Assembly: GCF_006345805.1 (NCBI RefSeq)
Contig: NW_021826318.1
Coordinates: 1-13,091, forward strand
Reading direction: 5' to 3'
DNA length: 13,091 nt
Source: Octopus sinensis
Taxonomy: Eukaryota
Positions 1 to 9,426 of this stretch are shown here, piece by piece (the stretch's first letter is position 1; each line of letters begins with the position of its first letter). A program made the translations under genes and the position numbers. The notes under the pieces are model-generated. The model was not told where the DNA came from and ran no database searches. It saw only the letters and a list, made by a program, of their open reading frames with translations.

Positions 1-98
1 ACTTTTGATCGATGCAAAACTTCACATTTTGTGCAATGAATTTCATCTTTTGATGTAGTTCTCAATGCTTTGGCATCAAATATTATTATTATTATTAT

Positions 99-177
99 AA
101 AAGCGGCGAGCTGGGGTCGATGTTATCGACTGTCCCTCTTCCCCCAAATCCAGGCCTTGTGCCTATAGTAAAAAGGA
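99..177 (+). mobile_element. Internally deleted tRNA-derived SINE (head fused to tail)
   Basis: AAGCGGCGAGCTGG resembles the head of the SINE at 10804 (TGAGCAGGCAG). It is joined directly to GGTCGATGTTATCGAC...GGCCTTGTGCC, which matches the 3' part of that copy (CTGGGGGCCAATGTAATAGAC...GGCCTTGTGCC). Flanked by (TTA)n on both sides. Confidence 0.7.
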
Positions 178-201
178 TTATTATTATAATCGTTATTATT
201 A

Positions 202-652
202 TTGAGTGAGAGAGTAGCGCATGCTTTCAAAGTGATACTGGGGTAAAATATATGAAGCCCAGAGTACCCATCGTTACTACCCGTCTGGTAAGGGTACACC
301 AGGCACATGCAGCACAACCACACGTGCGCGACAAGGTGATCTCATATCAAGATAAATAGCGCATGACTTGCAGGTGGGGCCCAGTTAGAATTTTCTTCAG
401 GTTGAGTAGCCCATCCCGCTCAAAAGGTCCCTGAGTATGGATTGTTTAAGGATGTTGAAAGAAACACCCATGATTCGAGAGGTGAATTATTCAAAGCCCA
501 AAGAATTCCTCTTAAAACATGGCTATGCTCTGATGCAATACCAGGCACTGGTTCTTATGGTATCTGATTTTAACTGATTGGAAATGTTTTGTTCTAGTGT
601 AAAAGATGGGCTACAACAAATATTCAGCTCAACACGATAGATTTGCTTGTCA
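202..652 (-). mobile_element. Copy 1 of a ~570 bp non-coding retro-like element, with inverted 5' segment
   Basis: 202-527 is the reverse complement of 10183-10520 and ends in an (AAT)n tail at ~178-203 on the minus strand. 525-652 matches 9952-10094 in the same (+) orientation. Confidence 0.85.
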
Positions 653-1077
653 ATATTTTTCAATATGCTATTGTTTCATATGTGTATATATATACACACA
701 CGAAATGTTTACTTTTTTACGTTCCTAATGTATATACTTCAAAAAAGGCTGATTAGCAATTTAAAAAATCTGTACAATCTGTAATAATGATATTTAATAA
801 GTGACTTCTAAACATTTATTACATATTCGTTTCGCTTACTCGGAATATCGAAATCTATTTTTGCACTTTTTCAAATTGCTTTTCATCCATCGTTAATTCC
901 ACAGAAGCATGTACCTAAAACCAAAGATGGCTAGTCCTCAAACCAAACAGTGGATTCTACCTAAAGTATTCAAGGTACAAGCTTTCAAATCACCTTACTT
1001 TGAAATTATATGGATAATACCGTATTAAATTCTGGCACCTCAACTTAAGTTCCATATTCATCTGAATCTCTCTCTCT

Positions 1078-1080
<3 letters not shown>

Positions 1081-1142
<62 letters not shown>
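1081..1142. repeat. (TA)n microsatellite abutting the 3' end of the Penelope-like element
   Basis: Pure TA run of about 31 units, read directly. Confidence 0.97.
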
Positions 1143-1146
<4 letters not shown>

Positions 1147-1211
1147 ATAGGGAGAGTTTACGAAAAAACACAAAAGACAATGTATTAGTATAACGCTCAG
1201 GAATAGAAAAA

Positions 1212-1253
1212 GTCTTTTACGTTTCGAGCCTACGCTCTTCTACAGAAAGGGAC
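1212..1253 (-). ncRNA. Minimal type I hammerhead ribozyme (PLE-associated), variant core
   Basis: Minus strand reads GUC-CC-UUU CUGUAGA A GAGC-GUAG-GCUC GAAA CG UA AAA-GAC. Stem I is UUU/AAA plus GUC/GAC with a CC bulge, stem II is GAGC/GCUC, stem III is the tiny palindromic ACGU, and the cleavage triplet is GUA (predicted cut between 1218 and 1217). The core has U at position 6 instead of the canonical A. Confidence 0.75.
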
Positions 1254-1389
1254 ACAGAAAAAACAAGAACAGAAAAAAATGTGTGTAGTGGCTAACGATT
1301 TATCATGGCGACTAGTGCCGGACAGAAGGGTCAAACACAGGAAAGAAAGTAGGGGAGACAACAAGGTAAAGGTGACCCCCAACACAAAG

Positions 1390-2236
1390 GTGCGTGTGTG
1401 TATAAGAGAGTATGTATGTGCGTGTGAAAGAGGGCTGGTGGTCTGGACGTGTGCGTGTATGTATGTGTAGGTGTGAAGATGTGGGGATGGGTGTGTGGGT
1501 GGTGTGTTGTGATGTGATGTGTAATATTGTATGGTGCAGTGTGGTGTGATGTTGTTGGGAGGTGGGGAGGCGAGAGTGGGGAAAGCACGGGTGGGGTGTG
1601 GGTTCGGCTGGGTTTGGGGTAGAGTTGGGGTTTGTGGGTAGGCAGAGGGTGGGGTATGTGAGGGAGGGGTGTGGGATAGGATGGGGGGATGGGAATGATA
1701 GGGGAGGTGGAGTAGGGATGTGTAGGGGTGGGTGGGTTTATGGGGTAGGGGAAGGTGGGTATGTGAGGAGAGAGAGGAGGAGAGAAGAGAGAAGGAGAGT
1801 AAGAGAGAAAAGAGAAAGAGAGGGTGAAAGAGTAGGAGAGAAGAGAGGAGGAGAGAAGAGAGAAAGAGAATAAGAAAGGAGAGAGAAAGAGAGTAAGAGA
1901 GAAGAGAGAAAGAGAGAAGAAAGGAAGAGAGTAAGCGGGAAGAGGGAAGGAGGGGAGAGAAAGAGAGGAGAGATGAGAGAAAGAGCGTAAGAGAGAAGAG
2001 GGAAAGAGAGTAGGGGTGAAGGGAAGTAGCAGTGAAGAGAAGTCGGAGTGAAGAGAAGTAGGAGTCGGGGCAAGAGAGGAGAGTTGGGTGGGAAGAAGGA
2101 GGAGGGAGGAGGGAGAGAGGAGAGAAGGAGAGTGAGGGAGCAGAGAGAAAGAGAGAAAGATAGTAAAGGAGAAGAGGGAAAGAGAGTAGGGGTGAAAAGA
2201 TGTAGGAGTGAAGAGAAGTAGGAGTCGGGGAGGAGG
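1390..2236. repeat. Strand-asymmetric low-complexity spacer (GT-rich, then G-run-rich, then GA-rich on +) with an internal imperfect direct repeat
   Basis: Very few C on the + strand. AGAAGAGGGAAAGAGAGTAGGGGTGAA...GGAGTGAAGAGAAGTAGGAGTCGGGG occurs at ~1994-2070 and ~2170-2230. Confidence 0.9.
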
Positions 2237-2673
2237 TTAGATGAAGAGGGGAGGAGAGTTGAGCCCAAATGGCGTAAAAGAGCGAAGAGAGAAGATTAAT
2301 CCCTGTTCACGGCGCAAACGGGAGTCCGGATGTCCTCTGTGCAAGGACAATCCAAACACAGACAGGTGTTGCAAGGAGTGACCGGTGGAGCGGAAATGGC
2401 GTGAGACTGAGGTGTCATTGCCGAGGCGGATGTCTCGGAGGTGTTCCGCGAACCGGTCAGCCAAGCGGCGTCCCGTTTGTCCGATGTACAGGGAATGGTA
2501 GAGAGAGCAGGAGATGCAATAGATGATATTGCTGGAGGTGCAGGTGAAAGAGTCGATGATGCGATAGGGTCGATGATGGGTGCCGGTGAGGAGGGTGGTG
2601 TTGGAGAGGTAAGGGCAAGTCCGGCAGCGTGGGCGGGAGCAGGGGGACGAGCCAGAGGTATTGTTTTAGCCAT
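2237..2673 (-). pseudogene. GIY-YIG endonuclease with N-terminal Cys knuckle (Penelope/Neptune type), 1-nt frameshift just after a putative ATG
   Basis: Open frame 2665-2237 (142 aa plus stop): NNTSGSSPCSRPRCRTCPYLSNTTLLTGTHHRPYRIIDSFTCTSSNIIYCISCSLYHSLYIGQTGRRLADRFAEHLRDIRLGNDTSVSRHFRSTGHSLQHLSVFGLSLHRGHPDSRLRREQGLIFSLRSFTPFGLNSPPLFI. It contains C-x4-C-x2-C, IIY...YIG, R-x2-EH, a conserved His, a catalytic Glu (RREQ) and P-x-GLN. The ORF track reports only the last 75 aa. Confidence 0.92.
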
Positions 2674-2720
2674 GGTAACATAAGCAAAACCGGTTGACTA
2701 TGTAAATATTTTATCTCATA

Positions 2721-2828
2721 ATATATATATATATATATTGTGCATTTTACTTCTTTTTATGTTTCACTCTCCTCTCTTCTCTCTCTCTCCCTTATATATG
2801 TATATATATATATGAATATATATATATG

Positions 2829-2859
<31 letters not shown>

Positions 2860-2990
2860 ATATATATGTATGTATATATATACATATAATACATATATAT
2901 ATGTATACACACATACACATACGCGCACGCACACATATGTATACTCGATAAATAGCTAGTTACACAAATGCATATGCATACGTACATACA
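2721..2990. repeat. Compound (TA)n/(CT)n/(CA)n microsatellite region
   Basis: Read directly. Confidence 0.9.
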
Positions 2991-3988
2991 CAAATGTGTT
3001 TGCATGTTATTCCTGTCAGTTCGTCTAGCCAAACACATACTAAATGTTTTATTTCCACCTGTTTAAAGTTGTGAATTTAATTATTCAACTAGATCCACAA
3101 TGGCTGAAACGCCATGAATATGTGTTTAAAATTTGCTGCGATAAATGCATTTTTCGCAGTAATTTTACCATGTACATAACTATGGAAAACATTGCAATTA
3201 AAAACATGTATATCGCTAAAAATTAACCCGATAAAATCGATTACATAACTGGATTGGTAAAATATATAAAATCTAATCACTAATGATTTGATGGTTCCCA
3301 TTAAAACAAAAAAAAAAAAAAAAGAAACTGTTTCCCCGCTCTTTGTATACTAGACCAATATTTCATCGGAGGAAAACAGTCCATTTTCCTATTCCGATTA
3401 AAATCTAAACATATTTTTTTCTCGGGTGGCTCTCAGTTAACAAATATAATTCTAGAATAAATTTGGCAAATCTTTATGAGATTCCAATCACAAAACTATA
3501 AATAGACTTTCCTCTCCGGAATAATATTGTTATAGATTTGAGAATATTTTGGAAGCGACAACGAAGATATTTTTTATGATGGCCAGTATCCTCTATTACT
3601 CGGCAAGTTCAGCGAAAATGATATTCATTGAAAACACAATTAAGTTATTTTTTTGTTTGTGTCTGACCTGGCCAGGCCAGGCTAGCAATGGCCAAAATCA
3701 TTAATTTACCTATTCAGACTTGTTGGCGATTAGTAAAAGTGAATTATGCTAAATTACAAACCAAGTCATAATTAGTATTATACGATGTTGTTTACATTAG
3801 GATGACATCGAAAGCTGTTAGGATAGTGTGAGATAGTTAGTATGCCAAGTCAGATTGCATATGTTATCAGTTTAACGAGGGACAGACTAGCTGCTAGCAG
3901 TGAGTTATTTCCTAAATTTTTCATGAATAACTTACTTCTTGATAATGTATAATGTATGAATCGAGATTGCCATCTGCGAAATAATTTT

Positions 3989-4340
3989 TCTCTCTCACAC
4001 ATACACACACACACACACACACGCGCGCGCGCGCACACGCACGCGCGCGCACACGCACACACGCGCACACGCACACACACACACACACACACATACACAC
4101 ACATTTTTCACGTGGATTTGTGTATATGTGTGTATACGTGTATGTTTGTAAGAGATGTGTACGATTGTGCGCTTGTGTGTGGTGCGTCTAACTTATTGAC
4201 TTATAAGTTGTCACTTACGTATTTATATATTTTGGTAGGGGTATGCTCGTGTGTGTTCATGCGTGTGTGTGTGTGTGTGTATGTGTGTGTGTGTGTGGTG
4301 TGTGTGCGTGTGTACATATACGTGTATGTACGTGAGTGTG
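3989..4340. repeat. (CA)n/(CG)n tract followed by degenerate (TG)n tracts
   Basis: Alternating purine-pyrimidine run at ~3996-4103 and (TG)n-rich segments at ~4120-4340. Confidence 0.9.
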
Positions 4341-4619
4341 AAAATATTTATTATTTTCTTTTTTTAATACCAAAAATATAATTATTTATACTGTATATTT
4401 CATTAGTTACCATCAAGGTTTTACAGTTACTTATTTACGATTTATTGCGCTATTAAAATCATACAAAAACCATCCAAAATTCTGAACATTACTAATGTAC
4501 TAAGATGATTTCCAATATTTGTTTAATAGTCATGTATGTCTTATTGATATTTGGCGTTGCTTGTCTGCTCTCCTTAATTAAGTTCGCTAATTACAAGAAT
4601 AAGCAATTGCACAAAGAGT

Positions 4620-4935
4620 AGAGTGCCAGACCAAAAAAGAAAAAAAAATGAGTAAGTTGCGGCATTTACTTATGATCTTTTACGTCCCTTTACATTCTGA
4701 ATTAAAATATTGCAAGACGACCATGAAAGAAATAACTAGACTAGTTTACTTGGGAACATCTTCCTCAAAATTGCTCACAGTTACATAGAGCTGTGTACTG
4801 TGGAGTATGGCACCCCAAATCATAAACAATCAGAGAAACTAAAGAGAGGAGGGCTACACGAAAGCCAAGTGTCCTGATTCTGCTATTACCTGCCTCCCTA
4901 CCAGCTGTAACTGTGGGTTTTGTGCCAATATTGGC
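4620..4935 (+). mobile_element. Old degenerate SINE copy, interrupted by a 140 bp insertion
   Basis: GCGGCATTT...TTTACATTCTGAATTAAAAT (decayed B box) ...CCTCAAAATTGCT | GGTTTTGTGCCAATATT parallels GCAGCATTT...TTATGTCCTGAGTTCAAATT...CCTCGAAATTGCTGGCCTTGTGCCAAAATT in the SINE at 10804-11012. Confidence 0.55.
4776..4915. mobile_element. MITE-like 140 bp insertion with 10 bp terminal inverted repeats
   Basis: CACAGTTACA (4776-4785) and TGTAACTGTG (4906-4915) form a perfect inverted pair. Removing the segment restores the SINE tail motif. Confidence 0.6.
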
Positions 4936-5569
4936 CTAGTAAATCACGCCAGGATCCAAAAGGAGTAAAGCTGCTAATCTAGTCATTTTCAGAGTTATAT
5001 ATCTGGATAGATTTGTCTTCAATCTCAGATTCGGTAAAACAAAGATTTAAGAGTTAGAATTAATAATTCCGATAGTGGCCTCAATCAAATACGTTTATGA
5101 TGCTGTGCATCAAATAGAAAATTTGAATGTATTATGTTTAAACCAGACGTTGGAAAAGTGTTCAATAATTGCCCTGGAGTGGTGTCTATATGGCTTTGAA
5201 AGGGCCCAACAAGCACCTGAAATGATTTTGAACATTAAGGATGTTGAATTAAGCAGCAAACGGAATCTGGAATACCGGTGCAATATCAACTAGTACTCAC
5301 AAAACACGAATTTCATATTAAATATTCCAACTACATCAATATGACTGACTTTATATTGTTCTGTATCCATTTTGTTAAGTATTTTCATTAATTTAAAAAA
5401 AATATTTCTTATGAAATAAAAATAAGGTCACAAAAACGAAGGAATCATTGTCTTTAAGCGAATAATTTTTTGTTTTAAAAATACTTTTTATTTTTATTTT
5501 AAAAATTTACATGATAGGAATCGATAAGGTATCAATGATTCCATGAAGAGCTCAATGATACAAGAAGTT

Positions 5570-5775
5570 TGTCTACTTTGGCTTAGGTTTAACCTACGAT
5601 TAACTGTGACTAAAAATTCTAGCCGTAACCAACCCCCTTTTTTTGTCTACCTTGAACTACATTATCCAACGCATCCGTCTTCCATTTTTACGATGGTAGT
5701 AGTTCATGGAAGAGAATGATTTGGCTATCATCTCTTGCAGTTTGACCGACAGTGTAGAAGTTTGCTTGTTGGTTC
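5570..5775. mobile_element. Probable decayed interspersed repeat (unclassified)
   Basis: Motifs such as ACTACATTATCCAA...TCCATTTTTACGATGGTAG...GATTTGGCT resemble a repeat I recall from octopus genomes. There is no second copy in the window to confirm it. Confidence 0.3.
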
Positions 5776-6379
5776 GTATTATCATTGATGTCACATGCTG
5801 TACGAAGTAATTACGTATTACCTGAGAAGAAACACATCTGTTGTATTTTGTTGCTTACCAACTGAACGGAATATTACAGTTTTGGAGTTGCAATGTCTTT
5901 GCGAGTTTCTGATAAGGGAGTCTGATTTATTGCCTGCCATCTGCTAAAACTTCTGTACGGTTGACAAATGTCAGTGTTATAGGTTTGGTATTTGTAATAT
6001 AGAGAGCCGTGTTGGAGCATAGATGATGTCTAGCTCTTTCTATATATAAATGAAAAATGGTGAAAAATATTAGTTGTGTGTTTGTTATCACTACGTTCAG
6101 CACTATCTCTATGTTATGTAATATAGTGATAGTGCTGAAGTAAGAGGTTGTCAAATAACAAATAAGGGGAGAGCAAGAGAACGAGAGAGGGGAAGAGAAA
6201 GTGAATGAGTGATCGTAGGAGACATTTGCTTTCGTTCTAGTGTTCTAATATATCGTGAGAGATCGAACACAACTCATTTTCAAAAGTAAGAAATGTTTTA
6301 ATATTTAATTTCATTTGAACGGATGTACTTCTTCTCTATAATTAATTGAACTGTCATTACTTTTTAAGATTAGAGTATA

Positions 6380-6383
<4 letters not shown>

Positions 6384-6450
<67 letters not shown>

Positions 6451-6611
6451 GCATGTGTGTGCGTGTGTATTTACATACATGCATGTACACACACACATAT
6501 ACATACATATATATATGTATATATGTATATACATGTATATATATATATGTATGTATAATTTTGGACAATCAGTAAGTTGCCATAATAGTACTCATCCTTT
6601 TATCGTCACTT

Positions 6612-6676
<65 letters not shown>

Positions 6677-6762
6677 TATATATATATATATATAATAATA
6701 ATATATATATATATATTATATATATATATATATACATACCCATATATGTTTGTGTGTGTGTG
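6384..6762. repeat. Compound (TA)n/(CA)n/(AAT)n/(TG)n microsatellites
   Basis: Read directly. Confidence 0.92.
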
Positions 6763-7100
6763 CGAGGCTGCAATGCTACATAGTAGTGAAGCATGGAATT
6801 TAATGCTTAATCCGGACGTATAATGCAAATGTGAATGAACAACAGAGCTGCGAGAGAAATCGGATGTTAGAGACATCCGATGTCGTGTATGAGAGAGAAG
6901 ACTGCACTAATATGGACATTAAATGGCATTAGAAGTTGTATAAAGCAGAGAGAATTTAAGATCGATAGAAAGTATGGAAGTGGGAGATGTATGGAGACAT
7001 GAGATGGAATGGTAAATACAGACCTTAACGTGCTGAGTCTCAAGAAGGAAATGACCTAAGTTTGAGATATTTGGTGAGATACTGGTGGATGAAATCCAAC
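6762..7100 (+). pseudogene. Decayed RTE-clade LINE ORF C-terminus
   Basis: Segments translate as AAMLHSSEAWNL, ELREKSDVRDIRCRV*ERRLH*YGH*M and YGSGRCMET*DGMVNTDLNVLSLKKEMT*V*DIW. These match the RTE motifs LYGSETW, RRLRWYGHV, GRGRPRKTW and DL...DR..WR in the right order, with many stops and indels. Confidence 0.8.
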
Positions 7101-7431
7101 CCCCGGTGCGTGAGTGGCGAAACAATTGTTGAAACTGAAAAAGCGCTTTTGATGGTAGGTAGAACGCATACGCATACATATGTGTATCTCTCTCTCTTTC
7201 TCCCCTCTCTGTCTGAAGTCGTACATGTATATAAATACAGAAATGCACTCATGCATACGTTTATAACACACGCATTAACACAGCTGAAAGGCCTTCTGTG
7301 TATATTCAAAAGTATGTGTCATTTATTATATACTTATATTTTAGTTATTGCTTGAATCTTTTCATTTTATACACGTTCCTATTCTTCCCATAGCTCCTCC
7401 CTTTTACCATCGCCTCGTTCTGTCCTTTATC

Positions 7432-7605
7432 TTCATTCATTTGCACCCCTGCAGCATTTCGCTGTTGATGCTACCAAACTGAAAAATATCAATAAGGCGT
7501 CGAAATTATGATGATTTTTGAGCGGTAACTGATGAAGGGTGAGCATGTTCACGTCCTTTTTCTGTTTTCCATAGTTTCCTTCCCGTCTTTCCATGCAACA
7601 TTTTT
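7432..7605 (+). repeat. Diverged direct repeat, copy 1
   Basis: TTCATTCATTT...GTTGATGCTACCAAACTGAAAAATATC...TGATGATTT...TAACTGATGAAG...CGTCTTTCCATGCAA aligns colinearly with ~8482-8668. Confidence 0.7.
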
Positions 7606-7699
7606 CTGTTTTTAATTAATGTAATGCCACGCATATTCCTTCTCACCACCACCCACAGTGGTTCCCAACATAGCGGTTTTTATTCTATGTTGTTAGAAC

Positions 7700-8123
7700 T
7701 TTATTCTATTTATTATCTGTTTTCTATTTTTCATCACCATACCTCCCTATTTTTCCGTTCACCCTTCTCAAGTAACCCTCTTTCTATCTTCTTCTTTTCT
7801 TAGTTTTTACAATTTCCCTTCACTTTTCCATATCTTCTTATCCATATACCCTTCTGTCTCTATCTACATTTCTTTCTATTTATCTGCCTCTCCTTCGATT
7901 TACATTTTCCCTCTGTCTGATGCGTCAACTCTTAACTGCCTATCCTTTCCTCTTTCTCTTTCCACACTCTCTCTTTCTTCGTATCTGTTCTTCTCTAGCG
8001 GTCTCTTTTTTCCTTTTTCATTTCGTCTATTTTGCTCTTTCTTCTCCTTCTCCGACCCTTTACTCACACTCTCTCTCCTATTTCTTTCTATTCTTTATTA
8101 CCCGCTCTTTCTCTCCTCTCCCT
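7700..8123. repeat. Pyrimidine-rich (CT) low-complexity tract
   Basis: The + strand is nearly G-free and dominated by C and T. Confidence 0.85.
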
Positions 8124-8481
8124 TAAAGGTACTATGTGACCATCCAATTTTTAAACCCCTCATCCTTTTCCAACTTGACCACTCACCCACTTGATTGCTT
8201 GGATATTTTTTAGCTCCTGTCACAGAATTTACTTCAGGTCTTTGTATGTATACACATTTTTCTTCCAAAACCGAGAGGACCATGTTCTTTGCTATTAGCG
8301 TTATTCGCTCATGTCTTAACCCTGACGTATACAAATACCTGTGTGGTATACTGTTTCTATATTTTTTCCCTTACTGTCCTTAACTTTCCATTTTATATAT
8401 TTTCCCGTTGTCTTTATAACTTGATCTTTTTATCGTTCGGTCTATAGATCTCATCTTTCTGTACTCATTCTCTCCTTCATG

Positions 8482-8668
8482 TTCACTCATTTATACCTCA
8501 GTTGCGTTTTGTTGTCGATGCCAACAAACTGAAAAATATTATCGATGAACTATCAACATTGTGATGATTTGGGTCGATAACAGATAAAGTAAGAACTTGT
8601 CCATGTCCATTGTTTGATTTTCTCTGTTTCCTGTATGTTCCTCCGTCGTCTTTCCATGCAAATATTTT
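8482..8668 (+). repeat. Diverged direct repeat, copy 2, ending at a (TACA)n/(TA)n tract
   Basis: TTCACTCATTT...GTCGATGCCAACAAACTGAAAAATATT...TGATGATTT...TAACAGATAAAG...CGTCTTTCCATGCAA. Confidence 0.7.
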
Positions 8669-8671
8669 ACC

Positions 8672-8714
8672 ATACATATGTACATACATATATGTATATA
8701 CATACATACATACA

Positions 8715-8786
<72 letters not shown>

Positions 8787-8790
8787 TATA
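8672..8790. repeat. (TACA)n/(TA)n microsatellite
   Basis: Read directly. Confidence 0.92.
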
Positions 8791-9377
8791 TAGATGATAA
8801 TGGGGCATATAAGCCCTCGACAGAATCCACACCACTTTGTTTATGCAGCCAAGTGTGCCACCGTTACACCAACACACCAGCCGGCTTCTTTCTGTCAGAT
8901 TTGTATATATACATATATGTATACATACTAAGACAACCATATCGACACAACACACACATGCACACACATACACTCACACACACATACGTACGCACGCACA
9001 CGTACACACACACGCTCACACATATATTTATCCATAAATGGGCCTCTGAACAAATACTTTACTTTTAAACCTCCGTTTTCCACTACACATCCGTCCTATT
9101 TGTTGCCCTTAAACTTCTCTATCTCCGTTTCTCGTCTACATTCTTTATCTTTGATACTCATTTCTGAAACACCCGCCACTCCAATTTCACCGCTTCCCCG
9201 CTCCAATAACTTTATACTCTAACATATTACTTTATGTCGGCCACGTAGCGAAGGCTAGTACTGGACATGTGCACACTGTACACTGATCACTACCAAAGCA
9301 ACCACCACTACCATCACCAGTTCTATCACCACTACAACACTCTATTCTTCCTACATGCCTCTTTCATCATAACATAT

Positions 9378-9419
<42 letters not shown>

Positions 9420-9426
9420 TATATAT

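Larger units (their letters stand above)
1146..2718 (-). mobile_element. Penelope-like element (Neptune-type endonuclease) with no RT sequence, inserted between (TA)n tracts
   Basis: Minus-strand order: short leader, Zn-knuckle plus GIY-YIG frame (2673-2237), long C/T- then C/A-rich spacer, minimal hammerhead (1253-1212), terminus ...TAAACTCTCCCTAT. (TA)n tracts at 1081-1142 and 2721-2738. GIY-YIG with a minimal hammerhead is the established PLE combination. Boundaries are approximate. Confidence 0.85.

Noticed and set aside
1331-2268. ORFs 1331..1588, 1562..1873 and 1738..2268 (His/Thr-, Gly/Arg/Glu- and Leu/Ser/Pro-rich)
   Set aside because: They stay open only because the low-complexity spacer lacks stop codons, and they have no domain-like motifs.
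2666-2679. RFX X-box-like GTTACCATGGCTAA overlapping the endonuclease start (minus strand)
   Set aside because: Two mismatches in one half-site, and it overlaps the Kozak ATG. A match of this quality is not evidence of regulation.
2296-2687. ORFs 2296..2673, 2457..2687 and 2441..2683
   Set aside because: Alternative or antisense frames of the GIY-YIG coding region. Only the ATG at 2673 is retained, as a candidate frameshifted start.
5075-5293. 72 aa ORF as a possible host exon
   Set aside because: GTG start, no recognisable domain and no convincing splice-site pair.
6859-6881. 9 bp hairpin ATCGGATGT-TAGAG-ACATCCGAT
   Set aside because: It lies inside the decayed RTE coding remnant, and a single short stem has no supportable function.
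8793-8825. GATGA...GGGC-ATATAA-GCCC-TCGACA as a degenerate hammerhead
   Set aside because: Only a 4 bp hairpin is present and both core motifs are broken.
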